Positions 1 to 8,492 of a DNA stretch of 64,000 nt are shown here, piece after piece. Each line of letters opens with the position of its first letter. Position 1 is the stretch's first letter. The DNA is from Candidatus Acidiferrum sp. (GTDB lineage Bacteria > Methylomirabilota > Methylomirabilia > Rokubacteriales > CSP1-6), in contig DASQAL010000072.1 of assembly GCA_035635775.1 (NCBI GenBank), positions 775 to 64,774 of the forward strand, given 5' to 3'. Made by a program: the position numbers and the translations under genes. Below the pieces are notes generated by a model. That model did not search any database. It saw only the letters and a list, made by a program, of their open reading frames with translations, and had not been told where the DNA came from.

Positions 1-192
1 CTCGAGGCGCGCGACCGCGAGGGCAACCCGATCGACGTGGTGGCCAAGGAGTTCTTCGCCCGGGTGGTCCAGCACGAGACCGATCACCTGAACGGCATCG
101 TCTACGTCGACCGGATGCGCGACCTGTCGACCCTCACGCACCTGGCCGAGTGGAACAAGTACTGGCTCGGCATCCAGGAGCAGGACGACTAG
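1..192 (+). CDS. def: peptide deformylase, C-terminal fragment (5' end outside the window)
   Basis: Frame 1 open from window edge to TAG 190-192; translation ...EFFARVVQHETDHLNGIVYVDRMRDL... carries the QHExDH metal-ligand motif of peptide deformylases. Confidence 0.85.
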   Translation, partial: LEARDREGNPIDVVAKEFFARVVQHETDHLNGIVYVDRMRDLSTLTHLAEWNKYWLGIQEQDD

Positions 193-352
193 GCGGAGCC
201 GCGCCATCAAGGCCGTCGCCGTCGTCCGTGATCTCTTCTTCGTCGCCCGCATCCGGGAAACCGCCCGTCTGGTCGGCACCGCGCTGGTCTTCGCCCGCAC
301 CCCCGAGGAGCTGACCGCGGCCCTGGAAGGCGAGCCACCCGCCCTGGTCATC

Positions 353-556
353 GTGGATCTCACAACCAATGGCTGGGATTACGAAGCGATTTTCACGGCC
401 CTGGAGCGCGTGCCCGCCGTCGCCGTGCTCGGCTACACCACCCACGCCCTGGCGCGGACAACCCAGCCGTTGCACGCCCGCTGCCGCCGGGTGGTGACGA
501 AAGAGACGCTAACCCAGGAGCTGCCCGAGCTCCTGCAGCGGGGCCTCGCCGCGTGA
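353..556 (+). CDS. small CheY-like receiver-fold protein; listed from the first canonical start (GTG 353) but the frame is open and protein-like from about 197
   Basis: Frame 2 from 197 reads SRAIKAVAVVRDLFFVARIRETARLVGTALVFARTPEELTAALEGEPPALVIVDLTTNGWDYEAIFTALERVPAVAVLGYTTH..., an alternating beta/alpha receiver pattern with Asp at the VIVDL position; TGA 554-556 overlaps GTG 553 of the next gene. Confidence 0.45.
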   Translation: MDLTTNGWDYEAIFTALERVPAVAVLGYTTHALARTTQPLHARCRRVVTKETLTQELPELLQRGLAA

Positions 557-1212
557 CCGCCGCCGAGTTCGTCGCCCAGCTCGACGAGACCAACCAGGCC
601 GTCCTGCGCCGTCTCGAGCCGGAGGCCACGCTCAAGCCCGAAGTGTCCGGCGCGCTCAACGTGACCAATCTCTTGAAGGTCGCGCTCAAGAACGAGATCG
701 AAGCCACCGAGATCGCGGCGCGCTGGCTGGTGGTTACGACCGACGTCGAGGTGAAGATGGCCTTCGCGCGCCAGGCCGGCGACGAGGCGAAGCACTACCG
801 GATGATCGCCGAGCGGCTCGGGGAGCTGGGCTTCGACGCGCGAAGCTTCGATCCGCTCGCCCAGGGCTTCGGACCGCTGTTCAAGTACCTCGACTCGCTC
901 CCGACCACCGTCGAGCGGGTGGCGGCCGGCCAGTTCACCCGCGAGGCGGTCGCGGTGGTGAAGAACCGCCAGTTCATCGAGTTCTGCGACCGCGCGGGCG
1001 ACCGACTCACGGCGACGCTCTATCGCGAAATCATCGAGCCGGACGAGCGCTTCCATCACCAGCTCGGCCGCTCGCTCCTGCTCAAGCTGGCCACCACGCC
1101 GGAGACGCAGGAGGCGGCGCGGCGGGCCTCCGCGCGCACGCTGGCGCTCGCGGAAGAGCTGCAGGGCGCGGCGCTCCGGACCGCCGGCATCCACCACGCG
1201 CCCGGCTGTTGA
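553..1212 (+). CDS. ferritin-like (diiron-carboxylate four-helix bundle) protein
   Basis: 219 aa ORF; GTGA overlap with upstream ORF; two ExxH motifs (DEAKHY, DERFHH) each preceded by a helix with a conserved Glu (NEIEATE, FTREAV). Confidence 0.65.
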   Translation: MTAAEFVAQLDETNQAVLRRLEPEATLKPEVSGALNVTNLLKVALKNEIEATEIAARWLVVTTDVEVKMAFARQAGDEAKHYRMIAERLGELGFDARSFDPLAQGFGPLFKYLDSLPTTVERVAAGQFTREAVAVVKNRQFIEFCDRAGDRLTATLYREIIEPDERFHHQLGRSLLLKLATTPETQEAARRASARTLALAEELQGAALRTAGIHHAPGC

Positions 1213-2045
1213 TGGACTCCGACGCGTCGCTGGCCGCGTTCGCCGTGGCGGTGGATCGCCCGGACGACCAGATCCACCTGGCCCACGCCGCGCTCCTGAT
1301 CGCCGCCGGCGAGCAGCCCGATCTGAATGTCGACGAGTACCTCGGGCGCCTCTCCGCGCTGGCGGAGGCGGCCGAGCCGGCCCGGCGGGCCGACGACGCC
1401 CTCGGCCGTCTCCACCGGCTCCGCGAGTACCTCTTCGAGGAGCTGGGCTTCTCGGGAGACCGCGACGACTACTTCGATCCGCGCAACAGCCACCTCAACG
1501 AAGTCCTGAATCGGCGGCTCGGCATCCCGATCACGCTGTCCCTCGTGCTCATCGAGGTGGGTCGTCGGCTCGATCTCGAGATGGAGGGCATCGGGCTGCC
1601 CGGGCACTTCATCACCGGCGCCCGCATCGCGGGAGAGCAGGTGCTGCTCGATCCCTTCAACCGCGGCGCGCTCCTGACGACGGAGAGCTGCCGGGAGCTG
1701 GTCAGCCAGGCCCTCGGCCGGCCGGTGCGGCTCGCGCCGGAGCACTTCGCGCCGGTGGGAAACCGGCAGTTCCTGACCCGGATGCTCGCCAACCTCAAGG
1801 GCGTCTACTGGCGCCGGGAAGCCTGGGATCAGGTAGTGCGGGTGATCGACCGGTTGCTCGTGCTCAACCCCGCCTCGGCGGGGGAGCGGCGCGACCGCGG
1901 CGCGGCCTGGAGCAATATGGGACGGCTCGAGCGCGGGGTGGCCGACTGGGAGCAGTACCTGACCGACTTCCCCAACGCGGCGGACCACGAGCAGGTCCGC
2001 AACCAGCTCCGGCGCGTCCGCCAGAAGCTGGCGCAGCTGAACTAG
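1209..2045 (+). CDS. SirB1/YchA-like protein (transglutaminase-like core plus TPR-like C-terminus)
   Basis: 278 aa; ...HLNEVLNRRLGIPITLSLVLIEVGRRL...GLPGHFI... followed by helical repeat region; start TTG 1209 or ATG 1212 overlapping the upstream TGA 1210-1212. Confidence 0.65.
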   Translation: MMDSDASLAAFAVAVDRPDDQIHLAHAALLIAAGEQPDLNVDEYLGRLSALAEAAEPARRADDALGRLHRLREYLFEELGFSGDRDDYFDPRNSHLNEVLNRRLGIPITLSLVLIEVGRRLDLEMEGIGLPGHFITGARIAGEQVLLDPFNRGALLTTESCRELVSQALGRPVRLAPEHFAPVGNRQFLTRMLANLKGVYWRREAWDQVVRVIDRLLVLNPASAGERRDRGAAWSNMGRLERGVADWEQYLTDFPNAADHEQVRNQLRRVRQKLAQLN

Positions 2046-2057
2046 CCATCCCCTCTC

Positions 2058-2786
2058 ATGCGCGTCCAGGGCGGGCAGAACCTCTACGGCTTCTCGGTGG
2101 GCATCCTGATGCTCGACACGCAGTTCCCGCGCATCCCGGGCGACATGGGCAATGCCTCCACCTTCGACTTCCCGGTGCGCTACCATCGCGTGGCCGGCGC
2201 CTCCCCGGACCGGGTGGTGCGCCAGGGCCAGCGGGAGCTGCTGCCCGCCTTCATCGAGGGCGCGCGCTTCCTCGAGCGCGAGGGCGTGTGCGCGGTCACC
2301 ACCAACTGCGGGTTCCTCGCCAAGTTCCAGCCCGAGCTGGCCGCCGCGGTCTCCATCCCGGTGTTCACCTCGAGCCTCATGCTGGTACCGCTGGTACACC
2401 GCATGCTCCCGCCCGGCCGCGCGGTCGGCATCCTCACCGTGAACGCCTCCGCCCTCCACGCCGAGCACATGGCGGGGGCGGGGATCGCCCCGGACGTCCC
2501 GGTGGTGGTGGCGGGGCTCGAGACCGAGAAGGAGTTCACCCGTGTGCTGCTCGACGATCAGCTCACGCTCGACGTGGAGGCGGCGCGCCAGGAGCACCTC
2601 ACGGTGGTGCGGCGCATGATGCACGCACACCCCGAGATCGGCGCCCTCGTGCTCGAGTGCACTAACATGCCGCCCTACCGGGCCGACATCCAGGCGCTCA
2701 CGGGCCTGCCCGTCTTCGACATCACGACGCTGGTCCGCATGGTGCACGAGGCGGTGCGCCACGGGCTGGCGCCGCGCCCCGCCTGA
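2058..2786 (+). CDS. Asp/Glu/hydantoin racemase family protein
   Basis: 242 aa; paired Cys-containing motifs AVTTNCGFL and LVLECTNMPPY typical of this two-Cys racemase superfamily. Confidence 0.65.
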   Translation: MRVQGGQNLYGFSVGILMLDTQFPRIPGDMGNASTFDFPVRYHRVAGASPDRVVRQGQRELLPAFIEGARFLEREGVCAVTTNCGFLAKFQPELAAAVSIPVFTSSLMLVPLVHRMLPPGRAVGILTVNASALHAEHMAGAGIAPDVPVVVAGLETEKEFTRVLLDDQLTLDVEAARQEHLTVVRRMMHAHPEIGALVLECTNMPPYRADIQALTGLPVFDITTLVRMVHEAVRHGLAPRPA

Positions 2787-2799
2787 TCCCGCTCCGCGC

Positions 2800-3957
2800 G
2801 TGACCCAGACCGCCGACGTCGTCATCATCGGCGCCGGCATCATCGGCGGCTCCATCGCGTTTCATCTCCTCGAGCGGGACCCACGCCTGCGCGTGGTCAT
2901 GCTCGAGAAGGAGACGGAGCCCGGGACCGGGGCCACCTCGAAGGCCACCGGGGGCGTGCGCTTCCAGTTCTCCACCGAGGCCAACGTGCGCCTCACCCAG
3001 CTCTCGTACCGCTACTTCACGCACGACCGCGAGATCCTGGGCTGCTCGGTGGACTTCCTGCGCCACGGCTATCTGTTCGTGACCACCGACGCGGGCACGC
3101 TCGCGCAGTGCCGCCAGAACGTGGAGCTGCAGCGCGGGCTCGGGGTGGCGAGCGAGCTGCTGACCCCGTCCCAGATCCAGGCCCACCTGGCGCCGCTCGT
3201 GACCGCCGACCTGCTCGGCGGCACGTTCTGCGCGGACGACGGCTCCGCCGATCCGTACTCGCTGCTCTCGGGCTTCCTGGCCGTGGCGCGGAGCCGGGGC
3301 CTGCGCCTGCTGACCGGCCAGCCCGTCACCGGCATCGTGAAGGCCGGCGAGCGCGCGACCGGCGTGCAGACGCCGAGCGAGGAATGGTTCGCCCCGATCG
3401 TGATCGACTGCGCCGGCCCCCACGCGGACGAGATCGGCGCGATGGCCGGCGTGGACATCCCGTCGAAACCGTACCGGCGGCAGGTGATGGTCACCGAGCC
3501 GCTACCGGTGCTCCCGGAAGTCTTCCCCTTGATCGTCGATCTCGATACCGGCTTCTACGTCCATCGCCAGGGCCTGAGCGCGGTGCTGATGGGCGGCACC
3601 GACAAGGACATCAAGCCGGGGCACGACACCACGGTGGACTGGGACGCCTTCGACGCGGTCTTCCGCGCGGCGGCTCTCCGGGTGCCGCCGCTGGCCGAGG
3701 CCCAGGTGATGCGGGCCTACGCGGGCGTGCGCGACCTGACGCCCGACTACCACGGGATCCTCGGTCCCGCCGCGCAGGCGCCCGGCTTCCACGTGGCCTG
3801 CGGCTTCTCCGGGCACGGCTTCATGCACTCGCCCGCCATCGGCATCCTGATGACCGAGATGCTCCTTGACGGCCGGGCCACCAGCATGGATATTGGCGCC
3901 CTGTCGCTCGACCGGTTCGCGACGGGACGACTCCGCACCGAAGCCACCATGTTCTAG
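2800..3957 (+). CDS. FAD-dependent oxidoreductase, DAO family (sarcosine oxidase beta / D-amino-acid dehydrogenase-like)
   Basis: N-terminal dinucleotide fold DVVIIGAGIIGGSIAFHL, C-terminal GFSGHGFMHSPAIG motif; 385 aa. Confidence 0.8.
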   Translation: MTQTADVVIIGAGIIGGSIAFHLLERDPRLRVVMLEKETEPGTGATSKATGGVRFQFSTEANVRLTQLSYRYFTHDREILGCSVDFLRHGYLFVTTDAGTLAQCRQNVELQRGLGVASELLTPSQIQAHLAPLVTADLLGGTFCADDGSADPYSLLSGFLAVARSRGLRLLTGQPVTGIVKAGERATGVQTPSEEWFAPIVIDCAGPHADEIGAMAGVDIPSKPYRRQVMVTEPLPVLPEVFPLIVDLDTGFYVHRQGLSAVLMGGTDKDIKPGHDTTVDWDAFDAVFRAAALRVPPLAEAQVMRAYAGVRDLTPDYHGILGPAAQAPGFHVACGFSGHGFMHSPAIGILMTEMLLDGRATSMDIGALSLDRFATGRLRTEATMF

Positions 3958-3959
3958 CC

Positions 3960-5072
3960 ATGAAGATCGGCAACCTCCGCGTGGTGCTGGCCGATATCCC
4001 GGTCAAGCGCCCACACAAGATGTCCTTCACGACGCTCGAGACGGTGAACTTCGTCTTCGTCCGCCTCGAGACCTCCGACGGCCACGTCGGCTGGGGGGAA
4101 GCCGCCTGTCTGGGCGGCCCGACGTGGAGCGAGGAGTCGGCCGAGTCGGTGGCGGTGACGATCGAGCGCTACATCGCCCCGTGGCTCATCGGCCGGGATC
4201 CGACGGCGATCGAGGCTCTCCGGATCGAGATGGCGACACGGGTGCAGGGCAATCCGTTCGCGCGGGCCGCGGTGGAGATGGCGCTCTGGGATCTCGCCGG
4301 GCGGGCGCTGGGCGTCCCGGTGCATCGCCTGCTGGGCGGCCGGGTCCGGGATCGCGTGCCGCTGTCGTGGTCGCTCGCGGTCGCCGATCCGCAGGCCGAA
4401 CTCGAGGAGGCACAGGCCAAGGTCGCGCTCGGGCACCGAATCTTCAAGATCAAGACCGCGGCGGGCTCCCTGGCCGACGACGTGCTGCGGGTCCGGCGGC
4501 TCCGGGAGGCCCTGGGCCCCGCGGTCTCGCTTCGCGTGGACGCCAACCAGGGCTGGGACCGGCCGACCGCGCTCCAGGCGGTCCGGGCGCTCGAGCCCTA
4601 CGACATAGGGTTCATCGAGCAGCCCGTGGCGCGCTGGGATCTTGAAGGGCTGGCCATGATCGCCCAGCGCTCCGCGGTACCGATCATGGCCGACGAGTCC
4701 TGCTTCACCGCGCACGACGCGCTCGCACTCGCCCGGCTCGGCTCGATCTCCATCCTGAGCCTCAAGCTCACCAAGTCGGGCGGCCTCCTCGGGAGCCTCG
4801 CCATCGCGCGCATCGCCGAGGCCGCCGGCATGGGCTGCTACGTGGGCTGCATGATCGAGACCTCGCTCGGTACCGCCGCGTACCTGCACCTGGCTCTGGC
4901 GGCCGCCCCGGTCACCTGGGGCTGCGAGCTTTTCGGGCCGCTCCTGCTCGCCGCCGACATCACGCGGCAACCGGTCCAGTACGCCGACGGCTGCATTCTC
5001 TCGCTGGACGGGCCGGGACTCGGCGTGGAGGTGGACGAGGCGGCGCTCGGTCGATGGACGCGCCGACCCTGA
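3960..5072 (+). CDS. enolase-superfamily enzyme, muconate-lactonizing-enzyme subgroup (cycloisomerase / dipeptide epimerase / N-acylamino-acid racemase type)
   Basis: KxK (FKIKT), DANQGW, IEQP, MADES metal-ligand and catalytic motifs in the expected order; 370 aa. Confidence 0.8.
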   Translation: MKIGNLRVVLADIPVKRPHKMSFTTLETVNFVFVRLETSDGHVGWGEAACLGGPTWSEESAESVAVTIERYIAPWLIGRDPTAIEALRIEMATRVQGNPFARAAVEMALWDLAGRALGVPVHRLLGGRVRDRVPLSWSLAVADPQAELEEAQAKVALGHRIFKIKTAAGSLADDVLRVRRLREALGPAVSLRVDANQGWDRPTALQAVRALEPYDIGFIEQPVARWDLEGLAMIAQRSAVPIMADESCFTAHDALALARLGSISILSLKLTKSGGLLGSLAIARIAEAAGMGCYVGCMIETSLGTAAYLHLALAAAPVTWGCELFGPLLLAADITRQPVQYADGCILSLDGPGLGVEVDEAALGRWTRRP

Positions 5073-5827
5073 CCGCGCCGGCCCGCGCCGCCGCGGGGCC
5101 GATGCTCGAGACCCGCGGCATCGTCAAGCGCTTCGGGGGCGTGGTCGCGGTCGACGGCCTCTCGCTGGCGGTGGGCCGCGGCGAGATCCGCGGGCTGATC
5201 GGCCCGAACGGCTCCGGCAAGACCACGACCGTCAACGTCCTCTCCGGCCTGCACCGACTGGACGCGGGCGAGATCCACCTCGACGGCCGCCGCGTCGACC
5301 GGCTCCGGCCTCACGAGATCGCGGCGCAGGGCGTGGCCCGCACGTTCCAGATTCCGAAGCTCTTCGCCAACATGACGGTGCTCGACAACGTGCTGCTCCC
5401 GGGCCAGGCGGAGCGGGCCCGGGCGGGGGCGCGCCCGATGACCGAGATCTCCGAGCAGGCGCGGCGCCTGCTCGACTTCGTCGCCATGGACGGGCATCGC
5501 CACGCGCTGGCCAAGCAGCTCTCCGGCGGGCAGGCCATGCTGGTCCAGATCGCGCGGGCGCTCATGATCCACCCGCTCCACATCGTGCTGATGGACGAGC
5601 CGTTCGCGGGCGTACATCCGACCATCCGGGAGGTCATCATGGAGGCGATCCTCCGGATGAACCGCGAGCACGGCGTGAGCTTCCTGATCGTCTCCCACGA
5701 GATGGCCGAGGTTCGGAAGCTCTGCGGCCGGGTCTCGGTCATGCACGACGGGCGGCTCATCGCCGAGGGACCGCTCGCCCAGGTCGCCAACGACCCCGTG
5801 GTCCTCGAAGCCTACCTGGGCAAGTAG
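5054..5827 (+). CDS. livG: branched-chain-amino-acid-type ABC transporter ATP-binding protein (LivG-like)
   Basis: Walker A GPNGSGKTT, signature LSGGQ, Walker B IVLMDEP; N-terminus ...LETRGIVKRFGG; alternative start ATG 5102. Confidence 0.85.
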   Translation: MDAPTLTAPARAAAGPMLETRGIVKRFGGVVAVDGLSLAVGRGEIRGLIGPNGSGKTTTVNVLSGLHRLDAGEIHLDGRRVDRLRPHEIAAQGVARTFQIPKLFANMTVLDNVLLPGQAERARAGARPMTEISEQARRLLDFVAMDGHRHALAKQLSGGQAMLVQIARALMIHPLHIVLMDEPFAGVHPTIREVIMEAILRMNREHGVSFLIVSHEMAEVRKLCGRVSVMHDGRLIAEGPLAQVANDPVVLEAYLGK

Positions 5828-6550
5828 ATGGCGCTGCTCGAGGTGGACGAGGTCGCGGCCGGCTACGTCGAGGGGATCGACATCCTGGCCGGCATCAGCC
5901 TCCGGGTCGAGGCGGGCAGCGTGACCGGCATCATCGGGCCCAACGGGGCGGGAAAGTCGACGCTGCTCAAGACCATCTTCGGCTTCCTCCATCCCCGCCG
6001 GGGCCGCATCGCATTCGACGGGCGCGAGATCCAGCGGTCGGCCCCGCACGAGGTCAAGCGGTGCGGGGTGAGCTACGTGCCTCAGGGCGCGAACGTCTTC
6101 CCCCAGCTCACCGTACAGGAGAACCTGCTCCTCGGCGCCTGGGTGGAGCGCCGCGACCGCGCGCGCGTGGCGCGGATGCTGGAGCGGGCCTACGAGACGT
6201 TTCCCCGCCTCCGGGAGAAGCGCCGCGATCGCGCCACCTCGCTGAGCGGCGGCGAGGCCAAGATGCTCTCGCTCGCCAAGGAGCTGGTGACGGATCCCAA
6301 GCTGCTCCTCGTGGACGAGCCCTCCGCGGGGCTCGCTCCCCGCATCTCGCACGAGGTGTACGCGCGGCTCGTGGAGGCGCGCGCGACCGGCGTCACGATT
6401 CTCCTCGTCGACCAGAACATCACCAAGGCGGTGGAGGTGTCGGACTACCTCTACGTGATCGAAGGGGGGCAGGTGCGCCGCCAGGGCCCGCAGGCCGACT
6501 TCGCGGACCACTTGCGCGAGCTGATCCGCGACTCGCTGCTCGGCGCCTGA
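5828..6550 (+). CDS. livF: branched-chain-amino-acid-type ABC transporter ATP-binding protein (LivF-like)
   Basis: Walker A GPNGAGKST, signature LSGGE, Walker B LLLVDEP; starts 1 nt after livG stop. Confidence 0.85.
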   Translation: MALLEVDEVAAGYVEGIDILAGISLRVEAGSVTGIIGPNGAGKSTLLKTIFGFLHPRRGRIAFDGREIQRSAPHEVKRCGVSYVPQGANVFPQLTVQENLLLGAWVERRDRARVARMLERAYETFPRLREKRRDRATSLSGGEAKMLSLAKELVTDPKLLLVDEPSAGLAPRISHEVYARLVEARATGVTILLVDQNITKAVEVSDYLYVIEGGQVRRQGPQADFADHLRELIRDSLLGA

Positions 6551-6554
6551 CCGG

Positions 6555-7529
6555 ATGAAGGGATTCCTCCGACGCGTGGGCCTCTGCCTCGTCGCCTACG
6601 CCGCGCTGGCGTGGGTGCCGCTGATCACGTCCGAGTACCACACCCACATCCTCGTCATCAGCCTCTACTACGTGATCCTCGCGGTGGGCTGGAATCTCCT
6701 GGCGGGCTACACCGGCCAGTTCTCGCTGGCTCACCACACGTTCGCGGGAATCGGCGCCTACACGTCCGCGCTCCTCGTGCAGCGGGCCGGGATCCCGATC
6801 CTGGCCGGCGTCGTGGCCGGGACGATCGTGGCCGCCCTCGTCGGCTACGGGCTCGGCAGCCTCTGCCTCCGCATGCGCGCGATCTATCTGGCCCTGACCA
6901 CCTGGGCATTCGCGGAATCCGTCCGCCTGCTCGTCACCGTCGAGTACCAGATCACGCGCGGGGACCTGGGACTGACCACGCCCTTCCTCTTCGGGACTCC
7001 CCGGGCGAGGCCCTACTACTACCTGTTCCTGGGCCTGGCGCTCGCCGCCCTGCTCGCGGGCTGGCAGATCGTGCACTCGCGGATCGGGGCCTACCTGCGC
7101 GCCATTCGCGACGACGAGGAAGCGGCCGCCACCATGGGCGTGGACACGTTCAAGTGGAAGCGCTTCGCGTTCGTCGTCTCCGCGATGTTCGCGGCGGTGG
7201 CGGGGGCGTTCCAGGGTCACTACATCGGCCTGCTCTCCCCCACGCCGATGAAGTTCAACGAGATGGCCACCATCATCATCATGGTCATCGCGGGCGGCCT
7301 GCGCACCTTCGGGGGCCCGCCCCTCGGCGCGATCTTCATCGAGGTGCTCTCCGAGCTGCTGCGAAGCTGGGGAGAGATCCGGATGGTGCTCTTCGCCCTC
7401 CTCGTGATCGTGGTGGTGCGGCTCTACCCGGCGGGCCTGGCAGGGCTGCTGCGCACGGCGGGAGAACGCGTCCGGACGCGGCTGCCCGCGCTGGCCCCGC
7501 TGCTCGGACTCCGGAGGCCGGCCGACTGA
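6555..7529 (+). CDS. livM: branched-chain-amino-acid-type ABC transporter permease (LivM-like)
   Basis: 324 aa polytopic membrane protein, ...LLAGYTGQFSLAHHTFAGIGAYT... as in LivM permeases. Confidence 0.8.
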   Translation: MKGFLRRVGLCLVAYAALAWVPLITSEYHTHILVISLYYVILAVGWNLLAGYTGQFSLAHHTFAGIGAYTSALLVQRAGIPILAGVVAGTIVAALVGYGLGSLCLRMRAIYLALTTWAFAESVRLLVTVEYQITRGDLGLTTPFLFGTPRARPYYYLFLGLALAALLAGWQIVHSRIGAYLRAIRDDEEAAATMGVDTFKWKRFAFVVSAMFAAVAGAFQGHYIGLLSPTPMKFNEMATIIIMVIAGGLRTFGGPPLGAIFIEVLSELLRSWGEIRMVLFALLVIVVVRLYPAGLAGLLRTAGERVRTRLPALAPLLGLRRPAD

Positions 7530-7545
7530 CGGGAACGGCGCCGCG

Positions 7546-8436
7546 TCAGACCGTACGCTCGCGCTCCCCGAAGAGCCCGGTGGGCCGCAATACGAGCAGG
7601 GCGATCAGCAGCAGGAAGCCGTAGAGATCCTTGTAGGCTGGCGAGATGAACACCGAGCCCAGGGCCTCGATCACGCCCAGGAGCACCCCGCCCACCACAC
7701 TGCCCAGGATCGAGCCCAGCCCGCCGATCACAATGATCTCGAAGCCCTTGAAGGTCGAGATCGCCCCGTTCTCCGGGTAGACGAGGAAGTCGGGCGCGAG
7801 CAAGGCTCCGGCCGCGGCGGCCATCGCCACGCCCACCCCGAACGCCAGCATGTCGAGGCGCAGGACGTCGATGCCGGCGGTCTGGATGCCGATCCGGTTC
7901 TGGGCGGCACCCCGCAGCGCGCGCCCCACCCAGGTCCGCGTGACGAGCACGTAGAAGAGGCCGAGCAGCACCAGCGCGCCGACGAGGGCCACGACGCGGT
8001 TACCGGACAGCGGAAGAGTCAGCAGGGTGGTGGGCTTCGCGTAGTCGCGCGGCGCGTACTGATTCGGCCCGCCCAGCACGATGGCCAGGTTCCGGAAGAG
8101 CACCATCAGCGCGATTGTCATGACGGTCGCGTACTCGTCGCGCCGTTCCACGCCGCCCACGTACATCGGCCGCAGGAGGAAGCGCTGAACCACGAGCCCG
8201 AGCACGAACACCGACGCCATGGCCAGAGGCAGGGCCAGGTACCAGCGGTCCCAGCCGAGGAGGGAGGCGAGGAGCGCATACTGCACGTAGCTGCCGATCA
8301 TGTAGAACTCGCCCATCGACCAGTTGATCATCTTCATGACCGAGTAGATGAACGTGATGCCGAGGGCCATCAGGCTGTAGATGGCGCCGATGACGATGCC
8401 GGAGAGGAGGTACTGCGAGAACAGGTGGAGGTCCAT
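7546..8436 (-). CDS. livH: branched-chain-amino-acid-type ABC transporter permease (LivH-like)
   Basis: Start placed at ATG 8436 (MDLHLFSQYLLSGIVIGAIYSLMALG, classical LivH N-terminus); the track ORF up to 8607 only adds an Arg/Pro-rich extension. Confidence 0.8.
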   Translation of the reverse strand: MDLHLFSQYLLSGIVIGAIYSLMALGITFIYSVMKMINWSMGEFYMIGSYVQYALLASLLGWDRWYLALPLAMASVFVLGLVVQRFLLRPMYVGGVERRDEYATVMTIALMVLFRNLAIVLGGPNQYAPRDYAKPTTLLTLPLSGNRVVALVGALVLLGLFYVLVTRTWVGRALRGAAQNRIGIQTAGIDVLRLDMLAFGVGVAMAAAAGALLAPDFLVYPENGAISTFKGFEIIVIGGLGSILGSVVGGVLLGVIEALGSVFISPAYKDLYGFLLLIALLVLRPTGLFGERERTV

Positions 8437-8492
8437 CGGTGATGGCCAAGCCGGGCCCGGGAGCGTCGCCCCCGGGCCCGGTCCGAAGCCGG

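Noticed and set aside
1056-2855. 599 aa minus-strand ORF. Similar very long antisense or out-of-frame ORFs occur at 4838-6511, 8439-9374, 13249-14931, 31436-32956, 47831-49618, 51521-53713 and 62086-63216.
   Set aside because: The translations are dominated by Arg/Pro/Gly/Ala/His runs with no recognisable motifs. They lie exactly antisense or frame-shifted to ORFs with clear family signatures. This is the expected stop-codon depletion artefact in roughly 70 percent GC DNA.
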